From: Eledone cirrhosa
Taxonomy: Eukaryota
Assembly (NCBI GenBank): GCA_964016885.1
Contig: OZ024741.1
Location: 264,430,001 to 264,494,000 of the forward strand
Reading direction: 5' to 3'
DNA length: 64,000 nucleotides
The position numbers and the translations under genes are program-made. Each line of letters starts with the position of its first letter. The stretch's first letter is position 1. Below the pieces are notes generated by a model. The model was not told the DNA's origin. It was given only the letters and a program-made list of their open reading frames with translations, and did not search any database. Shown one piece after another: positions 25,950 through 39,503 of this stretch.

Positions 25950-26210
25950 GGTTTTATATCGAATAATAATAATATTCGATTCGTTTGCAAGCAAACAGCA
26001 TCATTACACTATGTGTTTTAGATGACCATCGCCACTCTGTTGTCCTAGCGATGACAGAGGGAAATAATCAACAATAATATTGTTTCTGGGTTATTGCCCT
26101 TTGACAAAATTGTGTATCTCTCTTCTGTCACTCACCAGAACTCTTGAGTATATGTAGTAATCTCTAAAGTATACAACGGCTGATTAGCCTCATTTGCATA
26201 CTGAGCGATA
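25950..26210 (-). mobile_element. Diverged solo relative of the 520-bp HHR array unit (octamer plus degenerate HHR), with 5' fold-back
   Basis: Minus strand reads ATGCAAATgaggctaatcagccgtt and, after the HHR, ttccctctgtcatcgctaggacaacagagtggcgatggt; both align with the array unit. Confidence 0.6.
26066..26111 (-). ncRNA. Degenerate minimal hammerhead motif (U3-A8 type, A6 mutated)
   Basis: aatt-TTGTCAA-a.ggg.caataa.ccc.a-GAAA-caatattattg-TT-gatt. Confidence 0.45.
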
Positions 26211-26245
26211 TTATGGCTGGCTTTCAGCCGATGTATACTTTAAAG

Positions 26246-26535
26246 CAGAGATGTTAAACATGCGGCCCTTTAAAAGCATACCTGCGGCCCGCACAAAGGT
26301 TTTTGCTACGCGAGCATCTTTTATCTTCGTAATATAAAATTTAAAAAATGTGTTGTAATGTGCGCAATTAGTTGTCGTGTGTGGCCCTCAGACAACACAT
26401 ATGTGACCCATGTGTCCCTCAGACAACAATATGTGACCCATGTGGTCCTCAGACAACAATATGTGACCCATGTGGCCCTCAGACAACAATATGTGACACA
26501 TGTGGCCTTCGGGGACCCTCAGTTTGACATGTATG
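26246..26535. mobile_element. hAT-type MITE with internal 30-bp repeats
   Basis: TIRs CAGAGATGTTAAAC and GTTTGACATGTATG; 8-bp TSD CTTTAAAG/CTTTAGAG; about four 30-mers at 26390-26508. Confidence 0.75.
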
Positions 26536-26584
26536 CTTTAGAGAATACTATATATACTCAAGAGTTCTATGGAGCATAGGCTTT

Positions 26585-26775
26585 TGACGACTCACCACCA
26601 TTGTACACGATCCTGGGCTGCTCTCACCACTCCTCTCCAGTTGGCTTTCAGTTTTGTTAATTCAGCCTCAGTGTTACGCCTCCAGCTGCTACGGGGCAGG
26701 TCTCTCTTCTTCTTACCCTGCGAGATCCACGTCAGGGCTTGACTTGTGGAGTTGGATGTTGGTTTCAGTCTGAAA
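26585..26775 (-). mobile_element. RTE-type ORF2 3' fragment
   Basis: QALTWISQGKKKRDLPRSSWRRNTEAE...AAQDRVQW. Confidence 0.6.
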
Positions 26776-27087
26776 GTTTTTTTTCTTTTTAAACTGGACT
26801 CGAGAATTACTTCAATATTCACAGGGGACTAAACACTACATGTAGCCACAGCTGCGCAAAAGTTACCCTAATATGGTGCTATAAAAAGTAACCAAAGAAA
26901 TATTAACAAATAAATACCTGTAAAAGACCATTTTCTTGTTTTGTCTTACAGCAGGTAAATGTAACTGAGAGGGAAAAGAAAAGATATTCTGATACATCTT
27001 AAAAGCTAGCATGAAGAAATGTAGGAACCATATCAACATGGATAGATGTAGGAACGATATCAACATGACCATGGATAGATAGGTAGA

Positions 27088-27865
27088 TACATACATGCAT
27101 GCATACATACATATATGCATCCATGCATGCATACATGCATACATGTGGCTGCCAACTCGTTTTCGAGTACGGCCACTACTTTATATCCATGTAGGAGAAC
27201 CCCTACCGATGCGCTGAACGAGTGTGACTTTTTAGTCCAGCCAGCAACTTGAAAACTCTGGTACAAACACTGCACTTGTGACAATTATTGACGCATAGTG
27301 CTGGGCCCATGGTACCATGTGACGACAAGTGCAGAGAGATCTCCAGATATAAAGCAATGCCTGTGCCGTGAAGCTTTTATAGTGAGCAAAGGCACTGCAC
27401 AAAGCCAGTTCCACTCTCTTAACCAAGATGATATTTACCAAAAAGAAGAACAAGTCAGCATCATTGGATACCATCAGGGTTGCAGGTGTTATATCAGAGT
27501 TTTCCTTCTCCTAGAATTCTGCCTTGAGAAAGGCTAAGGGGGTCATCTCTCCCGGTGATTTTGGATGGCCATTGACTCTTAAGAGCTCCTTTGCCCTTTG
27601 ACAGGTTTTGTTTTTAGTCCTGCAGGATGTCCAAAGTCACCCTCCTTACCAAGAATCCTTGGTGGGGTTGCCAGTTTAGTCGCCAACGATCCGACCATGG
27701 GACAGGTTGTACTGGAATTTATGTTCCCAGTAGCACCAACTGGGGACCTGACATGCATACATACATACATGGTGGCTGCCAACTCGTTTTCGAGTACGGC
27801 CACTACTTTATATCCATGTAGGAGAACCCCTACCGATGCGCTAAACAAGTGTGACTTTTTAGTCC
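27088..27865 (-). mobile_element. ORF-less ~620-bp retroposon with (ATGT)n tail, plus a short second 3' fragment (27758-27865)
   Basis: Near-identical copy at 29340-29947; all three copies end GAGTTGGCAGCCAC(C) followed by (ATGT)n on the minus strand. Confidence 0.65.
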
Positions 27866-29340
27866 TCGAAGATGACTTTGTAGATTTGCACGGTTTACGA
27901 CACAGGTGACAGAAAAGAGTTGTTCTTTACACAGGACCGGTGGGGTTACCCTGTAGGTCAGCAACTTTATGTATCACCATGTGTTTTTTTTTAGACCGGA
28001 ACTAGTTCTACACATTTTGTTGCATGTCACGCACGTTGTTTCGCCAGGTCTTTGTTGAGTGGTGTTGTGGGTGGTTATCCTTTCATGTGACTTCAGGTGA
28101 TTAACATAACCAGCCTTTGAGAGGAGCAGACGCTGACAGAAATTGCATGTCCGACTACTGATGACTTCATCAAGACTGTGAGCACAGTCCTTCCAGAGCT
28201 GACACTTCAGTTGTTTATGTTCTAGAGGACATTCCTCAAAAATTTTGCAACTACCCTTTATGCGCTTTCTCCACTCAGCCCTATTTAGAGCTATCTCCTC
28301 CCAGTTGTCTATATCAAATGCCAGCTCTTTCAGGTTGTCCTTGATGCTGTCCTTGAACCTCATTTTCGGTTTGTGTTAGGTCTTTTTTCCAAGATGGAGC
28401 TCACCGTAAAACAGTTGCTTCAGGATCCTGCTTTCTTTCATGAGGACGATAAGTCCTGTCCAGCGTATTTGAGGTGTTACTTGGGACTCAATGCTTGGAC
28501 ATTCTGCTTTGATAAGGACATGGATGTCAGGAGTTCTGTCTTGCCACTTGATGTTGAATATGTGCCTTAAACATTTCTGCTGAAAACGCTCAAGCAATTT
28601 GGTGTTTGAGGAATAGTGTCCAGGTTTCGGCGGAGTATAAGAGAACAGACAGAACACATGATCTATACACACACACCTTGGTATTGTTGGTAATGTTGTG
28701 ATTTGCCCAGACTCTCTTTTCCAATTTTCCGAAGGTAATAGAGGCCTTCTGGATGCGCAGATGTATTTCAGCGTCCAAGGAGCCATCATTTGAGAGTGTG
28801 TTACCCAAGTAGACAAATTTATCTACAATCCCCCCAACCTGGTTCCATCAACCATGATATGGGGTTCAGGATATGGTTCTCCAGAAGCAGGGGTAAACAT
28901 TACTTTGGTCTTTTTAAGGTTTATTGTAAGCCTAAATGCTGTACACAAGGATGAGAAACGGTCCATAATGTGTTGTATGTCAGCTTCAGTGTGTGTTAGG
29001 AAGTCAGCATCGTCGGCGGAAAGAAGGTCTCCGATCAAAGCTTGAAAAGTTTTTGTCTTGGCATTAAACCTTCTTAAGTTGAAAACCTTTCCAGTGGTTT
29101 TGAACCGTAAGAGAATGCCCCTGTCACAATCATGGAAAGTATGTGCGAGCAAGGCAACATAGAAGATGGAGAAAAGCGTAGGAGCAGGAACATCACCTTG
29201 CTTTACCCCGTTGTCAATTGGGATTTCCCAGATAGTTGCACATTGAAGGTAACCCGAGCTTTCATATTTTTGTGCAGCTGTTTTAGCATACTTACAAACT
29301 TGGGTGGACATCCTACTTTTCCAAGTATTATCCAGAGTGC
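27862..29340 (-). mobile_element. RTE/BovB-like ORF2 fragment (RT to C2H2 fingers)
   Basis: GCPPKFVSML, GVKQGDVPAPTLFS, DLLSADD, INLKKTKVM, LLYSAETWT, KQLFYGEL, RFKDSIK. Confidence 0.85.
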
Positions 29341-29947
29341 ATACATACATACACACACATACATACATACATACATACATACATACATACATACATACAT
29401 ACATACATACATACATACATACATACATACATACATACATACATACATGGTGGCTGCCAACTCGTTTTCGAGTACGGCCACTACTTTATATCCATGTAGG
29501 AGAATCCCTACCGATGCGCTGAACGAGTGTGACCTTTTAGTCCAGCCAGCGACTTGAAAACTCTGGTCCAAACACTACACAATTATTGACACATAGTCCT
29601 GGGCCCATGGTACCATGTGAAGACAAGTGCAGAGAGATCTCCAGATATAAAACAATGCCTGTGCCGTGAAGCTTTTATAGTGAGCAAAGGCACTGCACAA
29701 AGCCAGTTCCACTCTCTTAACCAAGATGATATTTACCAAAAAGAAGAACAAGTCAACATCATTGGATACCATCAGGGTTGCAGGTGTTATATCAGAGTTT
29801 TCCTTCTCCTAGAATTCTGCCTTGACAAAGGCTAAGGGGTCATCTCTCCCGGTGATTTTGGATGGCCATTGTCTCTTAAGAGCTCCTTTGCCCTTTGACA
29901 GGTTTTGTTTTTAGTCCTGCAGGATGTCCAAAGTCACCCTCCTCCTC
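29340..29947 (-). mobile_element. Second copy of the (ATGT)n-tailed retroposon, 5'-truncated
   Basis: Aligns to 27143-27645; long (TACA)n tract at 29340-29446. Confidence 0.7.
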
Positions 29948-30029
29948 ATACATACATACATACATACATACATACATACATACATACATACATACATGCA
30001 TACATACATACATACATATGTATACATAA

Positions 30030-30690
30030 TATGAAAGAGTACTGGTGGAATGTTCCAGTAAAAACCCCAATAAAATGCAGGCATAACAGACCAGATATTA
30101 TGATGTGGGACAGGGAGAAGAAAACATGCACAGTAGTGGAAATTAGCTGCCCAGCAGATGCCAATATAATATCAAAGATTAGCGAAAAGGAGAATATTTA
30201 TGCAGAACTAATGAGAAACTTGGAGATACTCCACCCTGATTACACCTTCAGATGATGCCTGTGATTATTGGGGCACTGGGATATGTTAGTAACTGCCTCA
30301 ATACAAATCTTGAGAAGCTGGGCTTCACAGGAACAGAAAGAACACAACAAGTTAGGAAACTACAAGTACAATCCATTAATGGAACAGTAAAAATATGTAA
30401 AACATTCCAAAAATGTTGCATCTAATAAATGCATATACACTTTTACAGATACAAAGCGTATACACATGCACACAAACAACTCAAAACATCCACATCCACA
30501 CATACCATAACATCCATATCTACACATACATGCATACATAGAGACATACATACATATCTACCTAGTTGATGTTGTGTAAATTCCAATGAGAGAGTCTTGT
30601 GTCTATGTTAGAAACCGACTCTCTCTCTATTGGCAAAAATTTGTGAAATTATAAAACCAGAAGAACATATACATACATACATACATACAT
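30030..30690 (+). mobile_element. 3' fragment of an RLE-type (R4/Dong-like) non-LTR element, between (TACA)n tracts
   Basis: [26 protein letters not shown]...EKENIY...PVIIGALG. Confidence 0.8.
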
Positions 30691-30873
30691 TCATTGATTC
30701 ATTCATATATAATGAGGTGTATTTTTCAACATAGTCCCAGGAAAGAAACAATATTACCAAGAAGAGTTGAAATTAACCTTTCAGAGCTCTAGCATCACTT
30801 CTTCCTATGAAATTTTCTTCCTATGAAATTTTCCGCCCATCCTCGTAGCCAATACTAGGTACCCCTTTATAAT

Positions 30874-31074
30874 ATGAGGGTTGGCTGAAGAGTCCATAGG
30901 CTGACCAAGATACTCTCATGGAATCACCAAATGAAGTTAATTTTCAAAATTCCAGTCCTTGGAAGGATACAATGCGGTTATTAATAAGAAAATTTGAAAT
31001 TAATGCATGCAAGATTTCACAGCTCTAGCATCACTCCTTCCTAGTCAGCCTATGGACTTTTCCGCCAATCTCAT
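30874..31074. mobile_element. Tc1/mariner-derived MITE (a partial related copy lies at 30712-30847)
   Basis: ~32-bp imperfect TIRs TATGAGGGTTGGCTGAAGAGTCCATAGGCTGAC and GTCAGCCTATGGACTTTTCCGCCAATCTCATA. Confidence 0.75.
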
Positions 31075-31112
31075 AGCTTAAATATATATTATGGCTGTAA
31101 TGTGTAGGATAT

Positions 31113-31390
31113 GTGGAGGCGCGTGGCTTGTTGGACTTCAGATCATAATGTCGTGGGTTCGCCTCTGAGCTGGGTTACGTGTTGTGTTCTTGAGCAAAAC
31201 ACTTCATTTTCCGTTGCTCCAGTATTCAATAGCTGGGAGTTTAACCCTGCGTTAGACAGTGTAGCGACTGAGAGTAGAAGACTTCCCCGTGGACAGGCGT
31301 CCTGTCCACGGGGAAGTCTTCTACTCTCAGTCACTACACACCGCGAAGACCGAGATAAGCACCGGCCTGATGAGCCTTGGAGCTCGAGTC
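31113..31390 (+). mobile_element. tRNA-derived SINE, second family (Deu/Nin-like 3' domain), with an internal palindrome
   Basis: Homologous to 37035-37258 (minus) and 34415-34520; ends GATAAGCACCGGCCTGATGAGCC. Confidence 0.7.
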
Positions 31391-31539
31391 AGATTTTAGA
31401 CATTTAGTGTGATATTTGAGAATCTGTGTGGAAATATTTGAACGAGTGACTTGTAAAGTTGTGTTTAGCTTATTCTTCTTATCGTGTCGACAAGAGTGTC
31501 AGTTACAAATCTTTGTTAGATGTGGTTCTGCCACAGCTG

Positions 31540-31965
31540 AACACATTACTGTCTTTTCTCATTAAACTATGCCAAGTCCAATACTGTGCAGGGGTGTTCC
31601 AGCAGGGGGCATATCAGGAAGTGCTGCATAGTCTGTGGTTCAATGCTGCAGTCACACACAACCTTCCCATCCTTTAAATATCCCCATCTTGCCAGGTGGG
31701 CTTTTGCACGTGCTACACCAGATCTTAATCTGTTGAGGCATTTCCACACTGCATTGTTTTATATCTGCTCCGGGGGGAAGTACCTCGCTCACCTTTAGCT
31801 CCATTGTTGTTAAAGATGGGACGTTGATAAGTTTTTCATCCCAGCGAGTGACTCTTTCACTACTTATGCTTGATATTCCAAGGGGTACGATGCTTTTAGG
31901 AAACTTTTCCTGGATTCAAGGCGGCCTTTGCCTGGCACATGGCCGAAGAGAGGATGTGTTTAGCT
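31540..31965 (-). mobile_element. Ingi/Vingi-like non-LTR ORF2 C-terminal fragment
   Basis: RLESRKSF; WKCLNRLRSGVARAKAHLARWG...CDCSIEPQTMQHFLICP. Confidence 0.6.
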
Positions 31966-32124
31966 GAGATCCAACTCAATCGATTGATTGACACGCTGCA
32001 AGTCTTATATATCAGCTTCACTGATGATGGCTATGAAACATTCCAGCACTTCAGTTTATTAGACAACCATATTTGTTATTCACGTGAAAAGTCTGTATGG
32101 TTTGGAAGGAAAGGTTCAGAGGTC

Positions 32125-34414
<2,290 letters not shown>

Positions 34415-34415
<1 letters not shown>

Positions 34416-34520
34416 GAGTGGTTAGAGAATTGGATTCGCAATTGTGAGGTTGTGAGTTCGATTCCTGGACCAGGTGATGTGTTATGTCCTTGAACAAGAC
34501 ACTTTATTTCACGTTGCTCC
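34415..34520 (+). mobile_element. SINE 5' fragment (tRNA head)
   Basis: AGTGGTTAG...GTTCGATTCC...TCCTTGAACAAGACACTT. Confidence 0.7.
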
Positions 34521-34711
34521 TTCTACCTGGAGTTGCGACCGATAGATAGTATTAGCAATTGGAAAGACCAACGGAAGCATTGTTTCATCGGTCCGATTTG
34601 ACGAAAGTCGATCGACTGTCGAGATATATATGTATATATATATATGCTTGTATGTTTGTGTATTAATGTCTATGTATGTATATCTGCATAAATATATATA
34701 TATATATATAT

Positions 34712-35450
34712 AAGTTATAATAATCAAAGTTCTGTTCAAATCATTTATATGCTTACAATTGTTTCCTCCAAACCGAGGTTTGGATTCTTCGGAGCAATTT
34801 ATTAATGAATGATCACATATATGACCTCCTTTTCAACCCAAGAGACATACAGATACATATGCATATATTGTTGCTTGGTGGGTCGACATCCATTATAACA
34901 TTTAGCGTGGCAGTATACATTTAAAGATTACATTCATATCAAAAGAGGATAAAATTAAAATTAATGTTAAAATACAACATGAAATTAATGCAATAGGATA
35001 GTCAGAAGCAGTAAATGTGTGCAATAGTTATACGTGTGGCAAGCACGTGTGTCTTATTTATAAATATTATAGTGCGGCAGGGTGTTACAAGTAAAACAAG
35101 CACTATAAGCGGGTAAACAAGATTATTAAGGGGGTTGTATTGGTAGTGTATCTTTATATGAATGTTATAGAAGCTTGTGCGTAGAGAAATATTATAAATA
35201 TAAAAAATGTGTAGCAAAGCGATGATATGGTTTTCGTGTACAACACCATTTTCACAGTCCGGAGAGCGTAATATCTAGATTATATGCCCCTCACATAATC
35301 CACGACGATTCAATATTGGACGTTTGATGAATCTGTTAGAGTATCATAGTTTGTTGGTCTTTAGTCCAATATAGCAGGTTGTTTAGTTGCGAGAATCAAC
35401 ATCGTATTATTTTCCGGAAGTGTGTGTGTGACTGTAAATTGTACCCTTAA
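34712..35450 (-). mobile_element. Penelope-type pLTR-like repeat (family 3) between (TA)n tracts
   Basis: Diverged homolog at 55720-56465; carries an HHR near its 3' end. Confidence 0.65.
34750..34796 (-). ncRNA. Minimal type I hammerhead motif, U4C variant
   Basis: tgct-CCGAAGA-a.tccaaacc.tc.ggtttgga.g-GAAA-caattg-TA-agca. Confidence 0.7.
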
Positions 35451-35481
<31 letters not shown>

Positions 35482-35484
<3 letters not shown>

Positions 35485-35668
35485 CGAAGGAAATGTGGTA
35501 AGGAACCAGGTGGACCATAACGCACCAAAGTACTCAATACTTGGGGTAGTAGAGTGGGTAATAGGAACCAGTAAGACCCCGACGGCTGAGCTCAAGCCGT
35601 TTCGACGGCTAATTGTACGAATTAGCCGTCGAAACGGCTTGAGCTCAGCCGTCGGGGTCTTACTGGTT

Positions 35669-35672
<4 letters not shown>
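35482..35672. repeat. Fold-back pLTR remnant: ~54-bp-arm palindrome containing the 3' half of a hammerhead
   Basis: Arms 35561-35614 and 35619-35672; GAAA-cggct.tgagctc.agccg-TC; the CUGANGA half is missing at the fold. Confidence 0.7.
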
Positions 35673-35751
<79 letters not shown>

Positions 35752-35789
35752 GTGTGTATGTAAATATGTATGTATATGTGTTGTTTTCA

Positions 35790-36320
35790 TCGGAGTTGAA
35801 ATTTCTTGGAGCCGTGTTCACTAGTGATGGAAGGCAAGAGGCTGAATTAAGTGCAAGAATTGCTGGAGCTGATGCAGTAACCTGCCAGCCTCAGTATTCG
35901 GTCATCAGAAGTATTCGTGCCAACCCTTACCTATGGTCATGAATCTTGGGTCATGACCGAAAGAATACGATCGTGAATACAAGCGGCCGAAATCGCTTCC
36001 TTCGAAAGGACTTTGTAGTAAAGTTACGTGATAAAGTGTGTAGCTCGGAGATGAGTGGGACCTGGTAGAGCCACTACTTCTCCGAATTGAGAGATCACAG
36101 CTCCAATACTGTGGGAATGTGGTTAAAATGTCTCAGGAAAGAATCGCTGGACAGATTTTATGAGTAAAACTAACCGGCAGGAGATCCAAGGGTAGACCCT
36201 GAGTAAGATGGTTGGATAACATCCATGAGATTGACTGGTTTCGCTTGGGGATCCAGCCGGATCAGTTGGAGACGGTTGCTTCTGACCGGACCCGCTGGAA
36301 GGAGTGTTTGAAGACTCTGT
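35790..36320 (+). mobile_element. RTE-clade ORF2 fragment (further piece at ~36720-36860)
   Basis: [48 protein letters not shown]. Confidence 0.8.
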
Positions 36321-37034
36321 AGAAGATCTAACTGCCCTTAGTTCTGACGTCACGTTCTGACGTCAGTAGCTGAGACAATAACACTTGGACAATGAGAACT
36401 CAGAGACAACAGACGTGTTTCCACGCAGTGACCCAAAAGGATGATATCACACCATGCGGCAGTATATGACGACTTAAATATATCCCAACCTAGGAGCACT
36501 AATGTATTTGAATATATTCTGTAATTACTCCTATTAAAAAATGTTTCTCTAACATAAAATTGAGGTATGTTCCTTATTCCTTGTTTGACTATGTGCCAGT
36601 AAACAATATTCAATTAGACGGGATGACTGACGACCACCCCGGCTAAAGTGGTGACCCTCGACGAATAAATATGAAAACGTAGCCTTCTTATGTCCGCCTA
36701 AAACTCTGTCCCCACGACAGATGTATAGCTCGGATATTAGAGAGTCACTCCAGGTAGAGCTGCTATTTATCCGAATTGAGAGATCACAACTCCGATACTA
36801 TGGGCATGTGGTTAGAATGAATCGTTGGAGAGATTTCACAGGCAAAACAAACTGGCAAGAAGAAGAAGAAGATAACGGAAAATATTTCTAGCCTTGCTGT
36901 TAAACAATATACAACATGAGGTAATTTCCGAAGTCTATATTACCAGCTGATTCGGTCTTGTTACTAACAATTATATAGACATGAGAGCGCTGGTGATTTT
37001 ATATTCTCTAAAATCTAAAGTCTGTTTCGAACTT

Positions 37035-37258
37035 GGAGGCTCATCAGGCCAGTGCTTATTCCAGTTTCGACGGTGTGAAGCCAGTCCATCGCAGGGTTAT
37101 ACCCCCAGCTATTGCTGGTACTCATTTTCAGCTGAGTATACTGGAGCAACGTGAAATTACGTGATTTTGCTCAAAAACACAGCACGCAACCGAGCACAAG
37201 AATCGAACCCACGACATTATGATCGTAAGTCCAACATCCTTACCACTAGGTCACGCGT
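37035..37258 (-). mobile_element. tRNA-derived SINE (second family)
   Basis: Minus strand CCTAGTGGTAAG (A box), GGTTCGATTC (B box), AACCCTGCGATGGACTGGC. Confidence 0.75.
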
Positions 37259-37454
37259 TTTTACTCTAACAGCTTGGAAATTCATTGGTTGAATCGCATG
37301 ACGGCTTTTCACACAGTTTCCATCAACTTAATTTCTCTCTTAAGATTTTCGTCGATCCAAGGTTATTTGAAGAACATCCTACTCTAAAGTACAGCACAGT
37401 GTCTCTGTGTCTTCAGTGTAAGTGACTTACAATTTGTCGTTCACATTATAAGAA

Positions 37455-37775
37455 ATGATGAAGGAATATTTCGGCTGTTATATTTGCTCTGTTGATCAAA
37501 TTGAATCACAGATGAATAATATTTAAGCTGGTACATTTATTACGAATATCAAATTGAGTCACTGATGAATAATATTTAAGCTGGTACTTTTATTTAGGAA
37601 TATGAAATTGAGTCACTGATGAAGTAATATTTAAGCTGTTACATTTGTTGCGAAGATCAAATTAAGTCACTGATGAAGGAATATTTAAGCTGCTGTATTT
37701 ATTACGAAGATCAAATTAAATCACCGATGAAGGAATATATAAGCAGTTGTATTTATTATGAAGATCAAATTGAGC
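37455..37775. repeat. Degenerate ~55-bp minisatellite, about 6 copies
   Basis: Recurring CACTGATGAAGGAATATTTAAGCTG...GATCAAATT. Confidence 0.85.
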
Positions 37776-38897
37776 CCCTAAATCGCAGCTGACTCGCTTG
37801 TTTCTCATGGAAACACATTTCATATATCAATCATTCAGAAATATTTTGTTCTTTGTCAAAAAAAGGATTGAGAAGTGGTCATAGATCTACTCTATCAGGA
37901 GGGAGCTAGAGAGTAAAAAACAATGACAACGACGACAGGTGCTATGACAGAAACAGAAACAACAACAATAACAATAACAATAAGAACAACATTAACAACA
38001 ACAATAACAAGTAACAAGAAAACAAGCAAGTAATGATTGGTTGGAAGATTACACAGTGAGGTATTATGGTCTTCTGTTGTTGTTACTCAAGCCTGTCTAG
38101 AAGATGGGTGAGAATCTAAAGATGACAATTGTTCTCCTCTATCATTGTTTCAGATTATATCAGATAAGGCGGCGGCCATATATACAAAGAACTAGATTTC
38201 AATAGACATGATTAGAACAATCCGGCATCTTTGATAAGAGGCTGTGATTTCAACGATAGTTATTGGATCTTTCTTCTAAGTTGAACAATTGCAATGCAAA
38301 CTTCCCCGGTATTTATATTATACGATATATATGTCGACATTATCATCAACATTTTAGAACCAATAAAATACATATCAGTTAAATACTGAAGTACACTACA
38401 TCCGCAAAATAGGTGGCCTTATGCTGATACTGGGAATCAATATTTTACGACAAGCTTGTGTAAACAACAGTGTCTTGAAAGGTAGTCAACGTAATGTTTA
38501 CGAAAGTGTCAATGAATCAGTTACTTAAGGTCACTTAGCTGGTGACCCAAGTCTTTGGGGTACCACACAAGGCGTTTGACTGTGCTTCCGTCATAGCAGT
38601 TCAGTGGGTTTTACAAACGTTTGCCTCTGTGTCTAACTACTCGTGCTGCTGCAGCCAGTGTTTGGGGTGCCACTCACGAATTTTGACATCTCTGTGTAAC
38701 TGGTGTAACCAGTCATTAGGGTAACAGTTAAGGCATGTGACCACCTCCATGAAACTGGAGCAGCCAGTCATTCGACCACCATTTAAGGTGTTTGACTAAG
38801 CATTTTCTTTGGCTTTAAAAATACTCGGCATATATATTAGAAAGTGAGGTTTTTTTTACAAAATGAAAAATAACCGGTGTCCTACACGAGTGAAAGT

Positions 38898-39181
38898 ATA
38901 AAGAAAAAGAGATGAAATCGAAAATGCAGCTGGAGTCTTATTTTTTTACAAATATATATATTTATTTGGTTCCTTTACCGGTTTCGCAGTTCTTCTGCTT
39001 TTCAAAAGGTGAGTTGAGATGGAGGGTCTGTGGTTTTTCTCAGTGAGAAAAACCACAGACCCTCCATCTCAACTCACCTTTTGAAAAGCAGAAGAACTGC
39101 GAAACCGGTAAAGGAACCAAATAAATATATATATTTTTTTTAAAAATAAGACTCCAGTTGCATTTTCGATTTCATCTCTTT

Positions 39182-39188
<7 letters not shown>
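38898..39188. repeat. ~145-bp-arm fold-back pLTR remnant centred on 39043
   Basis: Near-perfect inverted repeat ending at (TA)n. Confidence 0.9.
39077..39114 (+). ncRNA. Minimal type I hammerhead motif, U3-A8 variant (mirror copy 38972-39009, minus)
   Basis: cctt-TTGAAAA-gcag.aagaa.ctgc-GAAA-ccgg-TA-aagg. Confidence 0.75.
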
Positions 39189-39237
<49 letters not shown>

Positions 39238-39459
39238 ATATTTGGGGAGGGTCATATTTGCGTAATATTGCCAGAATTAATAACAGAACACACTCACTGT
39301 TTGGTTGGTTTTCGCTTCTCGCTGTCTTTTATATATATATATCTGCGATCTAACTTACTCGGTCCTCAATGTTGCCATTGACTGACCGGCGGTCAAAAAT
39401 AATACAGATACAATATAGACAAACACATATATATATAGTTTACATAATTTACATATTTT

Positions 39460-39503
39460 ACATAAATCTTTCGTTGCACATCTGCAACATCGTCAGTGGT
39501 GTT
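39460..39503 (-). ncRNA. Hammerhead-like motif in the PLE pLTR; the other arm (~42481-42525) has a 1-nt insertion in the core
   Basis: CTGACGA-t.gttgca.gatg.tgcaac-GAAA; stems I and III are poorly formed. Confidence 0.4.

Noticed and set aside
37455-37775. CTGATGA in each minisatellite unit as tandem hammerheads
   Set aside because: No stem II pairing and no GAAA-stem III-UH arrangement.
38140-38260. Possible host terminal exon after TTGTTTCAG
   Set aside because: All frames close within ~17 codons, with no recognisable protein or partner exon.
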